From: Trichodelitschia bisporula
Taxonomy: Eukaryota
Direction: 5' to 3'
Assembly: GCA_010356995.1 (NCBI GenBank)
Contig: ML996687.1
Coordinates: 683,803 to 747,802, forward strand
DNA: 64,000 nt
In this document: positions 1-12,121 of the stretch, piece after piece
How the letters are laid out: the number at the start of each line of letters is the position of its first letter
How positions within the stretch are numbered: position 1 is the first letter of the stretch
Program-made: the position numbers and the translations under genes
Notes under the pieces: model-generated
What the model was told of the DNA's origin: nothing
The model's input: the letters and a program-made list of their open reading frames with translations, nothing else
The model's database searches: none

Positions 1-1586
1 ACAGGTTGGCCTGGCTCTTGCCATAAAGGCGCAACGTGAAGGCAAGGGCGCTCTCATTCCTGTTCCCCAGAACCCGGAGTTGCTTGATGACTTCTTTGTG
101 CCCGTATCCGAAGACTGGGACGCCGTACGTGTGGTCGTACATGCATACATTGTGTACAAGGAGCTTGGCCTGCCGATCAAGCCCAGTCGGCAAGTCTACA
201 TCGAGAACACGATCGCAGGATACATCGACTTCCTGCGTTCCATTGAGAAGTTTGAATTGATCCCGACGTACGCCACCTTCCTCCCGACCGAGCGGCAAGA
301 GGAGGTCCTCGGTATTGTGCTTGTTGAGATGAAGGATGAAGCGAAGCAGTTGCAAATGGCTGAGCTTATCGGAGCCGCTGGAATAGAGATCGACTTGATT
401 TTGTCGAATCAATACATCCACGCTGCGAGGATGCTGGGCATCAATCTAGAGGATGTCGAGTGCATCAAGCGCTTCCCCATCGTCGAGAATTCGGTTGGGC
501 GGTGGGCGGGTGCCCGCATCTCAAGTACCTTTACGCTGCCTTCCAAGCTGCCTGAAGATGAGGAGCGCTTGGCTCGCAGTTTGGAGTGGTTCTTCAAAAT
601 TCCCTCTTACTGGGATGCTACGTTCCTTGCCATGACATTCTCTTTGCGCCAACTTCTCTGTAAGTATCACCGTTTGCAAACTTTCTAGGCTAATTTTCCC
701 AGGCACTGGCCGCTTCGCCGCTGCCCTCGCCGTCACCAAGCGCATCCCCTTCAAACAGCTCTCCAAGGCGAAGTCCGCACCATACCTCGGCCGCGAAATG
801 GATATCTTCGAAGAAACTGCACCTGCCGAGGACACCCTCCGTCGGTCCACCCGCCATGGTTCGCGACCCACGACACCCTCGGGCGAACCCCCGTCGAAGC
901 GCGAACGCTTCCTCCTCCGCATGCTCAAGGCGCAGAGCCGCACGTGTCTCGAGCTGCAGCAACTGTGCCTCGCCATCGAGGCGCTGGCCAAGTGGCGCGA
1001 GTTCGAAGACCAGATTGCGCAGCTGAAGGAGGAGGATCTGACGACTAAAGACTTCCGGCGTCGCGTGCAGGAGGAGCTGGAAACCCTGTCTACGGCCATG
1101 GAGCCTCTTCTGCACGACCTCCTGACGCACATCGAAGATGGTTTGTTTTCCATGCCGATGTTTTGGCCCCTCCTAACAACCGCAGAATCCGAAGTCGAGC
1201 TCTACGCCTCTATCCGCCAGGCGTACCTGCCCGACGCTATCCTCGCGTATAATGGCGCCATCACCTTCGCCGCCGACTTCACTGGCCCGGAGACGATGCT
1301 TAAGTCGCTCGCGCTTACGAACCTGCTCGCGGCGGAGGAAAATGCGCAGCTGACGAATGCGTTCTTGAGCGCGGGTCGGATGACGGATCTCGTGTCCTCG
1401 CTCGCGCTGAGCAGCCAACAGTTGCTCCGTGTCAACCAGCGCATGGCGATGGCGGAGGATATGCTGGAGAAAGAGCGTGTGGCGCAGGGCAAGACGCCGC
1501 GTATACGGCGAAAGAAAAGTGGATTGAAGAAGCGGGGGTGGATGGGGGAGTCGCTGGATATCTGGGATCCGAATAAGGCGAGCTAG
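1..1586 (+). CDS. NUP84: Nucleoporin Nup84/Nup107 family, 3' part (5' end outside window); intron 660-702
   Basis: ORFs 80-688 and 798-1586 join in frame through a GTAAGT...GCTAAT..CAG intron, giving QLLC|TGRFAAA. The motifs ENTIAGYIDFL..ELIPTYATFL and IRQAYLPDAILAY resemble the C-terminal helical domain of fungal Nup84. Confidence 0.8.
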
Positions 1587-1741
1587 TGTGCCGTACCGGC
1601 TCGAGTGTACTATTAGGCTTGCGGATTGAGAGTTTGTCATGTGCGGAGTACTTAGGCGCAGCACATCAGGCACGGTGTCGGGACAAATGAAAAAGGCGCT
1701 GTCATTAGGCTGAACGCTGAGCAAGATGCGTGACTACTACC

Positions 1742-4643
1742 CTACCGACTCTCCAACTCTACACTCCCCTGCTCCCGTGCATCGATAAGTTGGAAGCCCT
1801 CAGGGCTCGGAAACGGACTCACGTCCCGCGGCGGCCGGCCCTCACCTAACCTCAACCGCCCGTACCCAACCCTCCCCAGCTTCCGCTCCACCCACCCAGC
1901 GATCCGCTTAATGCCCTCCCAGATCCGTCTCTCCCGCTCCTCTTCCTCCGCCACCACCGCCCCGTCGCGCACCCCCTCCATCGCTTCCACCTTAAACTGG
2001 TACTTGAGCACGTCTTTCACGGTGACCAAGCCTGCTAACCGGCCGCGGTGCTCGATAAGCACCACCCGCGGCCCTATCTTCTTGAACAGCTCCATGACGG
2101 TTTCAAGGGGTAGCCGCGGGTGCACTGCTAAAGGTGTGGGGTCGACGAAGCGACTGAAGTCGATGGACATCGTGTGCGCTGTGGCGGGAATGGCATCGAA
2201 GCTGACGGCGGGGCCAGCGGTGGATGAAGGCGTAGTTGGCATCGTTTGCGCCGTGGACGACGGCTCGAAGAAGCACTTTGCAGTTGCAGGGACGGGGTTC
2301 TCGCGGCGGGCGCGCTCGATGGCGTAGCGTAGCTCCGTGCGGCCGATGTAGCCCAGGAGGATGTTGGACGTGCGATCTTCGACGATCGGGTAGCCCTGGT
2401 ACTTGTTGTCGAGGAGGATTTGCTCGACTTCGGCGAGGGTGAGGCCCGTGGCGGGGAGCGTGGTTATGTGTGCTGATGGCATGACTTGCGAGACAGGCAC
2501 ACCGAAGGAGTGGTCTTCTTTGTTGTCGAGAAAAGGGAAGCCGTTGAACCAGATCATGCGGTCGGCGATGCCGCCTTTACCGAAGCGATCTGAAACTGCT
2601 TTGGTTATTCCCACGACGATCATCGTAGGAAGGATATAGGTCAGAGCGCCAGTAAGCTCGAACATGATGACAACGACCGAGACTGTGATATGCATGATTC
2701 CGCTGAGCGCCGCCGCAGCACCAAGGAATGCGTAAGTCCCAGGTGTAATGCAGGGAACGTCTGGCTCGCATGAAGCGAAGAACGCTGCGTCAGGGAAGCG
2801 CTCATAGAGTGCCTGAACGAAAATCCCGACCATGCGGCCGAAGGAGGCACCGATTGCCATGGAGGGCACAAATATACCGGCTGGGACTTTGCACCCGTAA
2901 GAAACAATGACGAGGCCTGTTCGCAAGACAGTGGCGATGGCGAGCGAGAACATCATAGGCCAGCGACTATCGCGTCTAGATATGTCAGGGGCTGTGGTCC
3001 AAGATATGGGAGAGCATACCGGCACAATCTGTCGTAGCCAAAATCTCCCTCACACTCGCGGAAGAGGATCTCCATGCTCTCGGTCATGTCGATCCGCAGG
3101 AACATGTTCGGGTAGCAGAGGACAGCCGTAATGGCCGCCAGAGTTGTGGCTTCGAGGATGGGATATTGAGAGAGGTACTTCTTTCGGAAGGCAGCCACAC
3201 GGAGATTCCACTTGATAACAAGGGCTCCGTAGAGACCACCGAAGATGCCAATGAGGCAAAAGAACAAAATCTCAAAGAAGTGCCATGTCCGGTCATATTT
3301 GACCTGAAACATGACGAGCTGGCCAGTTCGGAAGGGATTCATAGCCTTAGTGATCAGTTTTAGGCATCACATATGCTGGTAGACCTACCGCAAGGACGGC
3401 CGTTGCCACCAAGGCACAGAAGTAGCTTCTCCATAGTGTTTTTAGGGGGAAGTAGTTGGACATTTCCTTTAACGATTAGCATTGGAAACGATGTCGACTG
3501 CCTCATGGTTACCTCAAGAGAAAACAAGACACCTCCAATCGGGCTACCGAAGGCCACAGCAACGCCAGCGGCAGCTGAAGCACTGAGGATCTCGCGCGTC
3601 TTGGCCGCATCTCTCCGGTACTTTTGAAAGAAGCGAGATATGACGTTGCCAGTGCATACTGCAAAGTGAACACTAGGTCCTTCCTTCCCAACTGACAGGC
3701 CAGAGGCAATGGCCAGCGGCAGGGTTATTGACTTGATCAAAAGGGTCCAGAAACCGAGGAAGCCTTTCATCACGAATCCCGCGATGATGCATTTGATCTC
3801 GGAAATTCCAGACCCGGCAGCGTATGGCGCAAAAGATTTGACCAAGCGGGCAGAGGTGAAGGAAAACAGGACCTGGGACTGTCAATGACAGCCTTGGGAT
3901 GCTAAACAGCAAGCTTACGGCGAAGAAGATATAGAGGACGTAGTTAAGAGGCCAGAAAAAACTCCACCGCTTGAATTCCGGGCATCCTAAAGCTGTTAGG
4001 GAGAGCCAGGAGCTCAACAGGCCACATACCGCTCTCCGCGCCCCAACAGCAGAAGCTCTCGTTTAAGTAGAATGCCGTGGTGCAATAGCCGAGCTTGATA
4101 TCCGACAGCCATTCCGTGACAATGTTGAGAAAGGCTGAGATGAAGCCAATAGCAGCACCTATACCATCAGCGCCACCCCGCCAGGCCCAGGGGCAGCATA
4201 CCAACGAGCGTGACTACGATCCACGCTTGTCCAGCCTCATACGCGTACCACGCCTTGCGCCGCCATCCGAACTTGCCGTGTCTCTCAAAGAAACCAACCC
4301 TCTCTTGTTGTCGTGCCTTTCGTCTCGTCTTTGCCCTCGCGGCATCCTGAACCCAGTCTAGATACGTCAGTCCGCGATGCGCCGCGCCGGAGGTTGGGGA
4401 GTACCTATAGTAGTGAAGTCCTAAGTTCGTTAGCACGCGTACATCACCGCCATACAGGTCGCGTACCTCATATCTCTTGATTTCGGCAATCTCTTCCTCG
4501 ATAGCCTGCGCGGATCGCCGCGCGGCGGCATCTTGTCCCTGTTCAACGTCGGAGAGGGCTGACCAGCGGCGGGTGAGCGAGTGTAGGGAGGGGGTCAGTG
4601 ACGGCGTTCTCGGGACGCTGGTGGAGGTTCCGCGCGAGGTCAT
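1742..4643 (-). CDS. CLC voltage-gated chloride channel / Cl-/H+ exchanger (Gef1/ClC-3-like) with C-terminal CBS pair; multi-exon, including a 16-nt microexon at 4405-4420; start codon approximate
   Basis: Spliced signatures: [26 protein letters not shown] (gating Glu), [29 protein letters not shown], and CBS motifs GYPIV and GLVTVKDVL. Canonical short introns link ORFs 4167-4745, 3944-4204, 3360-3845, 2953-3342 and 1742-3025. Confidence 0.95.
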
Positions 4644-4954
4644 CGCATAGTGATCGGACGAGACGTCTAGAAGGCTAGGATTGGGGTTGCGCGATCTCGG
4701 GAGTGTCGTGCCTTCCCGCAGTCGGCTGGGATGGTGATCCGCCAAGGCCGATGTGCGCCTTGCTGCCTCACAGCCGCTGGAGCATTTACCATATGCGCGC
4801 TATGCCTGGTAGGTCTGATCTTAGATCCTACACATCTCGATTCTACACCAGTTGTCCACTATTTCACGAGGACAAGGGCCAGGAGATACTGGTCTGTGAT
4901 AATCAGAGCAACGACGGCAACAGTGTGGGGTTGTCCACCTTGACAATCCTCAAG

Positions 4955-6110
4955 ATGCCGTACAACAACACGCCCATCCAGCCGCCCAAGGAGGTGACGG
5001 GCACTGTCTCTCTTCCGCGTAGGTACACCCTCTTCCACGCGTCTTTTCCTCCGAAATGAAATTTGTACTGGACCTCTGGATCTATAAGGTTGTTATACCT
5101 CCGGAGGATCGCGATCACAGCGGATTCCCACTAGACGGAGCCTGTTCACTCAGCATGATAGCCACCTTTGACCATTTGAATCCTTCACTTTTTTCCCTTG
5201 TTACGCCGCTTCTATTTCGGTAGGACTTTTAGGAGCTAGAGCGTAGCAATTACTTCCGTGGCTGGGACTAGTGGGATGCGCCCAGCATCGCGAGTGCCTA
5301 TTTCTATGCGGTCACTGCTAAACATAGGGTCGATGCGGAGTGCATATCTCGGCCTGAACTCTTCACTTCCGCAGCTCCACCCGGTGTCATGACTACGCCT
5401 AGCCATCCTTACACTCCAAGGAGTCTCGGTAATCCGAGATGGATAACCTCAATGCCAACAGCACCGTACCTGTCTATATCCGGAACCGAACGCCCGGAGC
5501 CCAGAGGTGTTCCTCGCCAGCACACACGAACTTCTGGAATCACAACAAGCACACCGCACCCATGCTGACCCGTCTCCAGTCGCCCGCGTCAAAAAGATCA
5601 TCAACCAAGACGACGACATAAGCGGCTGCTCCAACAACGCCGCCTTCGTCATCACCATCGCAACCGAGATGTTCGTACAGTACCTCGTCGAGCGCACGCA
5701 CGACGTGATCAAGGCCGAGAAGCGCCCGCGACGCAATGTACAGTATAACGACGTCGGTATGCGTACCGTCCATCATCCGAAAATCCCAAGCCCATAAAGC
5801 TAACCCCATGCCACTAGCCACCGCCGTCGCCCGCCGCGACAACCTGGAATTTCTCTCCGACGTCGTTCCGCGCACGACTACCTTCGGGCAGGTCCAAGCC
5901 CGGCGCGCACGCAAGGAGAAGGCCGCGCGAGCTCAAGCGCAGGCCGTGGAGGAGGAGGAAGCGCATGCTAACGGCCATGGGCACGCGGAGGAGGAGGGCG
6001 CGGAGGAGATGGAGATTGATCAACAGCGGCCGTTGCATGTTTCGCCTAACCGGCCGAGGACGGCGGGAAGTGTCTTCGATCCGGTTAGCGAGGGGGAAAG
6101 GGTTGAGTAG
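4955..6110 (+). CDS. Histone-fold (CBF/NF-Y) protein, Dpb3/Dls1/CHRAC-15-like; exons 4955-5018, 5580-5756, 5818-6110
   Basis: The spliced product MPYNNTPIQPPKEVTGTVSLPLARVKKIINQDDDI...EMFVQYL...RRNVQYNDVATAVARRDNLEFLSDVVP matches the NF-YC/Dpb3 histone-fold pattern. Both introns have GT donors, CTRAC branch sites and AG acceptors in the correct phase. Confidence 0.9.
5047..5539 (+). ncRNA. Candidate structured RNA element inside the 561-nt intron 1 of the histone-fold gene (family unknown)
   Basis: Many nested complementary segments read by eye, e.g. 5072-5079/5501-5508, 5109-5115/5287-5293, 5126-5134/5268-5276, 5159-5165/5258-5264, 5198-5206/5241-5249, and hairpin 5424-5439. Confidence 0.6.
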
Positions 6111-6351
6111 GTGTGTCTCTCGGCGAATTTGTTGGCTTGGAGTTTGCGGTTTTTGGGACGGATGGGTCTGATATAAATGGCTCGGGAGGTCGTCATGATT
6201 CGTATGCACTTTTTGACATTGCACAGTCATAGCTAAAGTGAAAGGGCGAGAATATTACGCGGCGCTGAGAACTCAGTGGATAAATTCTTCGGAGTTTCAC
6301 ATTCTCTCATGGCTTGCTCAACTACCGTGAAGCGGGCAGGGGACACTATGG

Positions 6352-7537
6352 CTACAAGTTCCAGATGACAAAACGGCCATCAACTCCACTAGCTGTTCCA
6401 TCGTCAGAGTGGTATATCGGCGGACATGATTCACTTACTGCTGAACTTGGTCACGCCCCCCGGGCCGCCAGCATGGACCCTGACGGTGCCGATGGTGTTT
6501 TGATGCACGGTAGTGAGCTTGGTATCGTCCTTGGTCTTCCCCTTAAGATCCATCTGCCTGAACATGTTCAAAGCAGACTCTTCCCTCCCGTCCTGAATCC
6601 CAGGACGGGTCTTGGCTTCCACAGAGCCCGTAAGCTGCCAGCCTTGTTCATCGCCTTGCAGCTTGTATGCCTCGCAGTCGTATCCAGCGGCCACAATTTC
6701 ATTCTCGGTGATCCAGATGAGGCCCAAGAACGGAAGCATCTGGGTGGTGAGATTGATAATGGCCCGAGGAGGCTGCTCCGGGCCGCTGGGGTAAACCACC
6801 GTCAGGCTGCTGTCATGGGCTACAAAGGCAAGAGAGTCTCCGCTGGGGGAGAACGCAACACCGTGCACCCAGCCAGCCGTATTGTTCAAGTACTCGCCAC
6901 ACACGGTATTGAACGGCAGCCTCTCGCCCCAGACAGACGGCTCGGGGCGAGCGTCGATACCCTTGATGAAGCTGGAGAACACCCGCGCATGGCCATCAGT
7001 GGAACCAGCCGCCAGAAGGACCGAGTTCGGGTGCCAACCGACGGACGTGATAGTGCTGCGGATCGGCTTCTTCAGGTGCTTCGACACCCACCAGTTGTCC
7101 TCCTCCTCAAAGTGGCAGATGGCGATGAGTCTAGCCCCCGAGCCAGCAGCAAACTTGGTCTCCGATGGCGACCAGCGGACGCAAGTGGCCGCCCGGTTAA
7201 TGCGGAGGAGAACGAGGGTTGGCTTCCAGCCTTCAGGCGACGGCTCCCACACATAGGCATTGCGATCTACGGACTATTAGCCCGATTCATCGATTATAGT
7301 TGCGGAAAATGTACCCTGCGAGCAGGTCACAATTCTGCCGGAATTTGGCGCAATATCTACTCCAGTAACGAGCTTATCGTGGCCTGTAAGCTCGTCCTGC
7401 AGCACGTAGCTGTTCCCGGAGCGGGTGTACAGTTCGACATTGCTCTCGCGCGCAACGGCCAGCGTCTTCCGGTCGGCGGAGCACGAGTGATCGGCGATGC
7501 TATGGTGGAACAAGTGATGAACTTCGGGAGGCGCCAT
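6352..7537 (-). CDS. ARC40: Arp2/3 complex WD40 subunit ARPC1; introns 7267-7314 and 6393-6438
   Basis: [58 protein letters not shown], and C-terminal FSTSGVDGRFVIW. Confidence 0.97.
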
Positions 7538-7856
7538 TATGAGCAATAGGAGTAGCTCTCAACTATTGCTTAGTTGATAGAAGGTATCGTGGGGGATGTT
7601 GCCGGTTGTGGAGCTGAAGCTAACCGACGTCAGCGAACCGGCTTAGTAAGGCGGGAGCGGCTCGGTCATTGTTTACCCCAGTAGGTGGTTACCAGTGTCC
7701 AATCAACGCTACAGAATCAAGACCCAGTACCCGTATCCCCCTGCTTTAATTTACCACATGTGTATGGCGTTGGCATCATCGTGGCGCTAATCTTCCGCCT
7801 TCGTGAAGCCATCTGTTCTCTTGCTACGACACCGTTTCCCCTCCCAAACCATCACC

Positions 7857-8506
7857 ATGGCTTCTAGGTTCGCATAGCTTCTCACCCGTCCTGACGATGC
7901 TAACACCTTCAAGATTCAATTCGCACATCTCACAACGCGAGCCGCGGTCCTCCCTCTTCGCGGGTTACGACGAGCGCCCGTCCTCCCGATCTCCTGCCGG
8001 AAATCGCTCTACAAACCGCTACGGATACGCGCCGCCGGAGAGTAGCAGTCGGCCCGCAGACAGCGGCTTTGCCGCCTATCCGTCTAGCTACCCAGCTAGC
8101 GGGCCTAGCTCTTCCGCGGGACAGTTTCGCACCGCGACGCCCAACTCCAAGGGACAATACAGCGACGCGGTCCTCTCAGAGCTGGAAAGCCAGAACGATG
8201 AGCACGTTTCGGGGATCCTCGCCAAGGTTGGCCGGTTGAAGGAGGTATGCAGGTGCAGAGCGTTATACGTCTGAATCATAGGCTGACATGGCGTCATAGG
8301 TCACAATCGCGATAGGCGACGAAATCCGAGATTCGACCGCGCTCGCTGAAAAGATGAACGACTCGTTCGACAACACCACAGTGCGCTTGCGTGGTACAAT
8401 GAAAAGGATGTTGCGCATGGCCGAGAAGACCGGCGTCGGCTGGAAAGTCTGGGTCGCGTTCTTCGCGGCTGTCATACTCCTTTTCTGGTATGTATGGCTG
8501 TTTTAG
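7857..8506 (+). CDS. BET1: Qc-SNARE Bet1 (ER-Golgi); introns 7868-7913 and 8245-8299
   Basis: LESQNDEHVSGILAKVGRLKE|VTIAIGDEIRDS...LRGTMKRMLRMAEKTGVGW followed by a C-terminal TM helix (VWVAFFAAVILLFWYVWLF). Confidence 0.92.
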
Positions 8507-10953
8507 GCGGCACTTCGCACATGAAAGGAACTGGCATCAACAACGGATGGCGCGAATAAATCTGAGTAAGAGGCCCAACACCCAATCCGGCGGCTCCAAC
8601 TGAGTCGCAAGCAGTACAGTACCCCAGCCCCCTACCCCTTCGATCTGCACCTTCACCCCTGCAATGTGCATACCTGGACGACATCAGACCACTCGGCACT
8701 TTGAGGCTTATCAACGTCCTCGACATAAGGGGTATGTGATGGACGGAAATTCACATGGCAATGCGGGCGCTCTTTACCCAAATGGGCGGAGGTCTCTTGA
8801 GGCGCGTGTGCGGCCATAAAGCGGGGTCGCTGAATATGCGCGAGGTCAAAGTGACATTTCGTGACCGTCATAAGACGTCTCGGTCAACTTGCTCGCTGGT
8901 TGCATGGGGGATTGTCCTGTCAATCTCGGATGTCGGCATGGTATGCCATGCTCGAAGGGTGCTGCGGTACTGTGGAGGTTGGATGTGGTAGAGTGAGGGC
9001 TTAGGAATGCACTACTTCAGCTTCAGTCACTTTTAAGTCCTATGCAGTTCATGTAGCTAGCGAAGTCGCCCTGCTGGGTGGCTTTACGGACAAGGTGCGG
9101 CCACGATGTTTTCCAGTGGTCATTGGCTGCAGCTTCCATCACCTTAGAACCTGCAGATTTTGTTGGACTGCTGACTGAGGCTGTCAAGCACGTCTGGGTA
9201 TCAAGCAGACGGTATTTCGATATTGCATGGATCTCGATGGAGCATATCACTACGGTACCGGTTTAATTCTGATGGGAATTCTGAAGTTGTGAAATCGTGA
9301 TGTTGTTGAGGTTGTTCCAAGTTGAACACAAGTTCGTTGTACGTTGGTACGTCTCCGATCCCGATCACAGGGAGCTGCTGCAAGTGGCAAGGATCACAAC
9401 CTCCCTGACCAGGGACACAGAACTTGAGGCGCGATTCGTTCTGGGCGCCTGCAAGCTGCACCGCATCGCCAAATCAGAATGCGAACCTCTCACGCCCTCT
9501 CGCCAGCCTCGCGACAACTTGGTCACTGACCGATCATGCGCCAGAAAGCCTCAGCACCAGAGGCACCCTCGGAATCGGCCCCGCTATTTTGCGCTGCGCT
9601 ACGGTACGGTACGTCCTGACGTCCTGATGATGCAGCTGCACGGAGCAGAGTACGGCACAGGTGTGCCAACATCGATGTTCTGCGATTCCCAGTAGCAATC
9701 AAGAAAGTGGCAAGTCATATGAGACCCAGCCAACTGACGTGAGAAGAATCGGTGACGGCTACGAGTATCTAGAACGGGCTGCTTCGTCAGAATGCGCAAA
9801 TGGAGAGCTGATCTCTGCCGTTTGAACAGAAGGTTCCCGTGCGAAGGCCGACGCATCCGACCACGATAGATGAAGCTCTTTTTCATCCCAACAGACAAGG
9901 ATAAAGGCCCTGGCCCGAACGGGACGTTGTGCACCTTACGGCTTGTCGCGGATGCATGTTCGCGGCAAGCCCAGGGGCGAAACTGGTGATGTAAAGACAT
10001 ATGACCGAACAATTTTGCCGGCAGGGGGAAAAAAGTGCGCATCAGTGCACATTACGTGCCTCTTGCGGAGTTTAGGGATAGCAAAAGGTGCCAGCTAGAA
10101 AGAACTGGGGGTCGAGTTTCCCACTGAGTGAGGGCGTCACATTAAGGTTCGATTGCTTTCCGTAGCGCCCAGCCAGAGCGCCACCCCGTTAGCGGGGAGG
10201 ATGACCTTGCTAAGTGGCTGCAGGCCCATGATGACCCATGCATCTCGAGCTTGTGGCCCGACCTCAACCACACACGTCTGCGCGGAGAAAGCTGGCATGG
10301 CTGGTTCGAGTCGTGGCAACATCGCACACAATCCAGTCTACGGTACGGTGCTCGTCAGCCAGTGTTGCTGTTCCCTTCCAGCCAACAAAACTTCGTCTGA
10401 TCGCCTGATCCAAGGCTCCGAACACTTGCCGTGCGATCATTCCAGTGCCTCCAATGCCCAGCTCTCCCGTCCCCAGATGCAGCATCTGACCGCCTCAGCT
10501 TCCCGCCTAGCTCCAGAGCTGCAGGACGCACCAGACGAATCAGTGCGTTTCATACCGCAACTCCCTCGCCAAACTGCACGATCACCATGGTATTGAGGCC
10601 GCAAGCGAAGTGCTCGATGGGGTTTGCTTTCCTGTAACTACCCGTGCGGGCGCATCGCTTGCTCAAACCTGTCGCGATGCATCGGCGCCCAGCATTAGCC
10701 GATTGGCTTCAGTCCACACGGCCCCACACGGGTCGAATGAAGGGGATTCCCAGGAGTGCTAGCCGTTTCCCCACCCCCCACCTCCCTTGCTTGCGGAGTT
10801 GTCTGCGATGAGATGCGGAATGACCTCACGTATTGTAATCCGGTTCTTGCCGTTGCGCTCGATCACGGCGTGAAACCAGATCACGACTGATGTGCGCCGT
10901 GCTTTGTCACAGCCTTGCGGGAAGCTGATGGAGGGACTGGGAGCTATGGAATG

Positions 10954-10961
10954 TATATAAA
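10954..10961 (+). promoter_or_regulatory. TATA box of the MARVEL gene
   Basis: TATATAAA about 125 nt upstream of ATG 11082, followed by a C/A-rich leader. Confidence 0.6.
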
Positions 10962-11081
10962 GGCCATGCTCTGCTTTTCGTGCCTTTCCAGTCATTCATC
11001 GACGTACAGCAAGCGATCCCATAAACTCCCAAATATCCCACACAACTGAACCCATAAACCACACACCCACCGCCAGTCACA

Positions 11082-11679
11082 ATGCCTGCCGTTGGGTCCA
11101 ATAACGCCCGCTACCTCCTCATCGCCAACACCTTCCTGCAATGGGTGTCGGCCGTCATCGTCATGGGCTTGGTGTCCCGCTTCCTCGCGAAGAACCAGCA
11201 CACGACGCATCTCGTCTATGAGGAAGTCATTGTACGTTTTCCAAGTCGCGCAGCACACGAGGTTCGTAGCTAACCTATCCACAGGCCGTCCTCAACGTCG
11301 CCTTCTTCCTCCCCATGCTCGTTCTCCCCGCCCGCAGCTCTTACGGTGGCCACTTCCTCCCGCTCAACTTCATCTTCTCTTATCTCTGGCTCACGGCCTT
11401 CATCTTCACGGCCCAGGACTACAGCGGCAAGCAGTGCCACCGCGTCAGCCCGGACGACGTGTACGCTTGTGGTCGGAAGACGACCATCGAGGCCTTCTCG
11501 TTCCTCGCTTTGTATGTCCCCACGATCTCCCAATTGACGTTGTTTTGAGCACGGACGCTAATGACGTCAGCTTTTTCTCCCTTATTAATACTATTATCGA
11601 TGGCTGGCTGTTCAGCAGCCGCCGGACGGACACCACTCCCGTGACCAAGGAGGCGCCACGCGAGACGGCGGTGGTCTAA
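11082..11679 (+). CDS. Small four-TM MARVEL-domain membrane protein; introns 11232-11284 and 11512-11570
   Basis: LQWVSAVIVMGLVS, YEEVIAV, LNFIFSYLWLTAFIFTAQDY, C..C..EAFSFLAFFF pattern of fungal MARVEL proteins; splice sites are in phase. Confidence 0.85.
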
Positions 11680-12121
11680 GTAAAGTGTCAATGGAAGTCT
11701 GCGTCGTGCGAGCTAGGCGGTTTGAGATACCCACGACGCTGGATGTTGCCCCATCGTTTGGAACGAGTGGGACAAATGGAACAAGTGGAACGAGGGGACT
11801 GAAACGGTTTCGGGGGGCGCAATTCATTCTTTTGGGCTAGATGTCCGGATGGCATGTCAGGTACACGTAGTAATAATGGGCACGGATTCACGCATTATAG
11901 CATAATTTTCAAACCATTGTAAGACTTTGTATTTTGAGCTTGATGTTGGCTACTACGCTATGGGTATCATGCTAGCCAGGTAAAAGGAGATAAGTAGAAC
12001 TCCGTCATTCAGCTCATATCCTGCCCCATACTCAGCTGCCCACATACCCAACGGGTTCACACAACAGCTCAAGGAACTGCGACCAGCCTGGTCTCCCAGC
12101 CCCTTTGCTGAAGACGTCGAT

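Noticed and set aside
3785..3815. GSGISE instead of GSGIPE in the CLC selectivity motif
   Set aside because: The central Ser is intact and GSGISE is the usual form in fungal Gef1-type CLCs.
6314..7549. 411-aa plus-strand ORF
   Set aside because: Antisense shadow of ARC40; no protein-like features, and expected in GC-rich, codon-biased DNA.
8600..10900. Short ORFs in the long intergenic region (also 22000-24900, 35600-36900, 39500-41500)
   Set aside because: No codon bias, domain motifs or coherent splice structure; most likely extended promoters.
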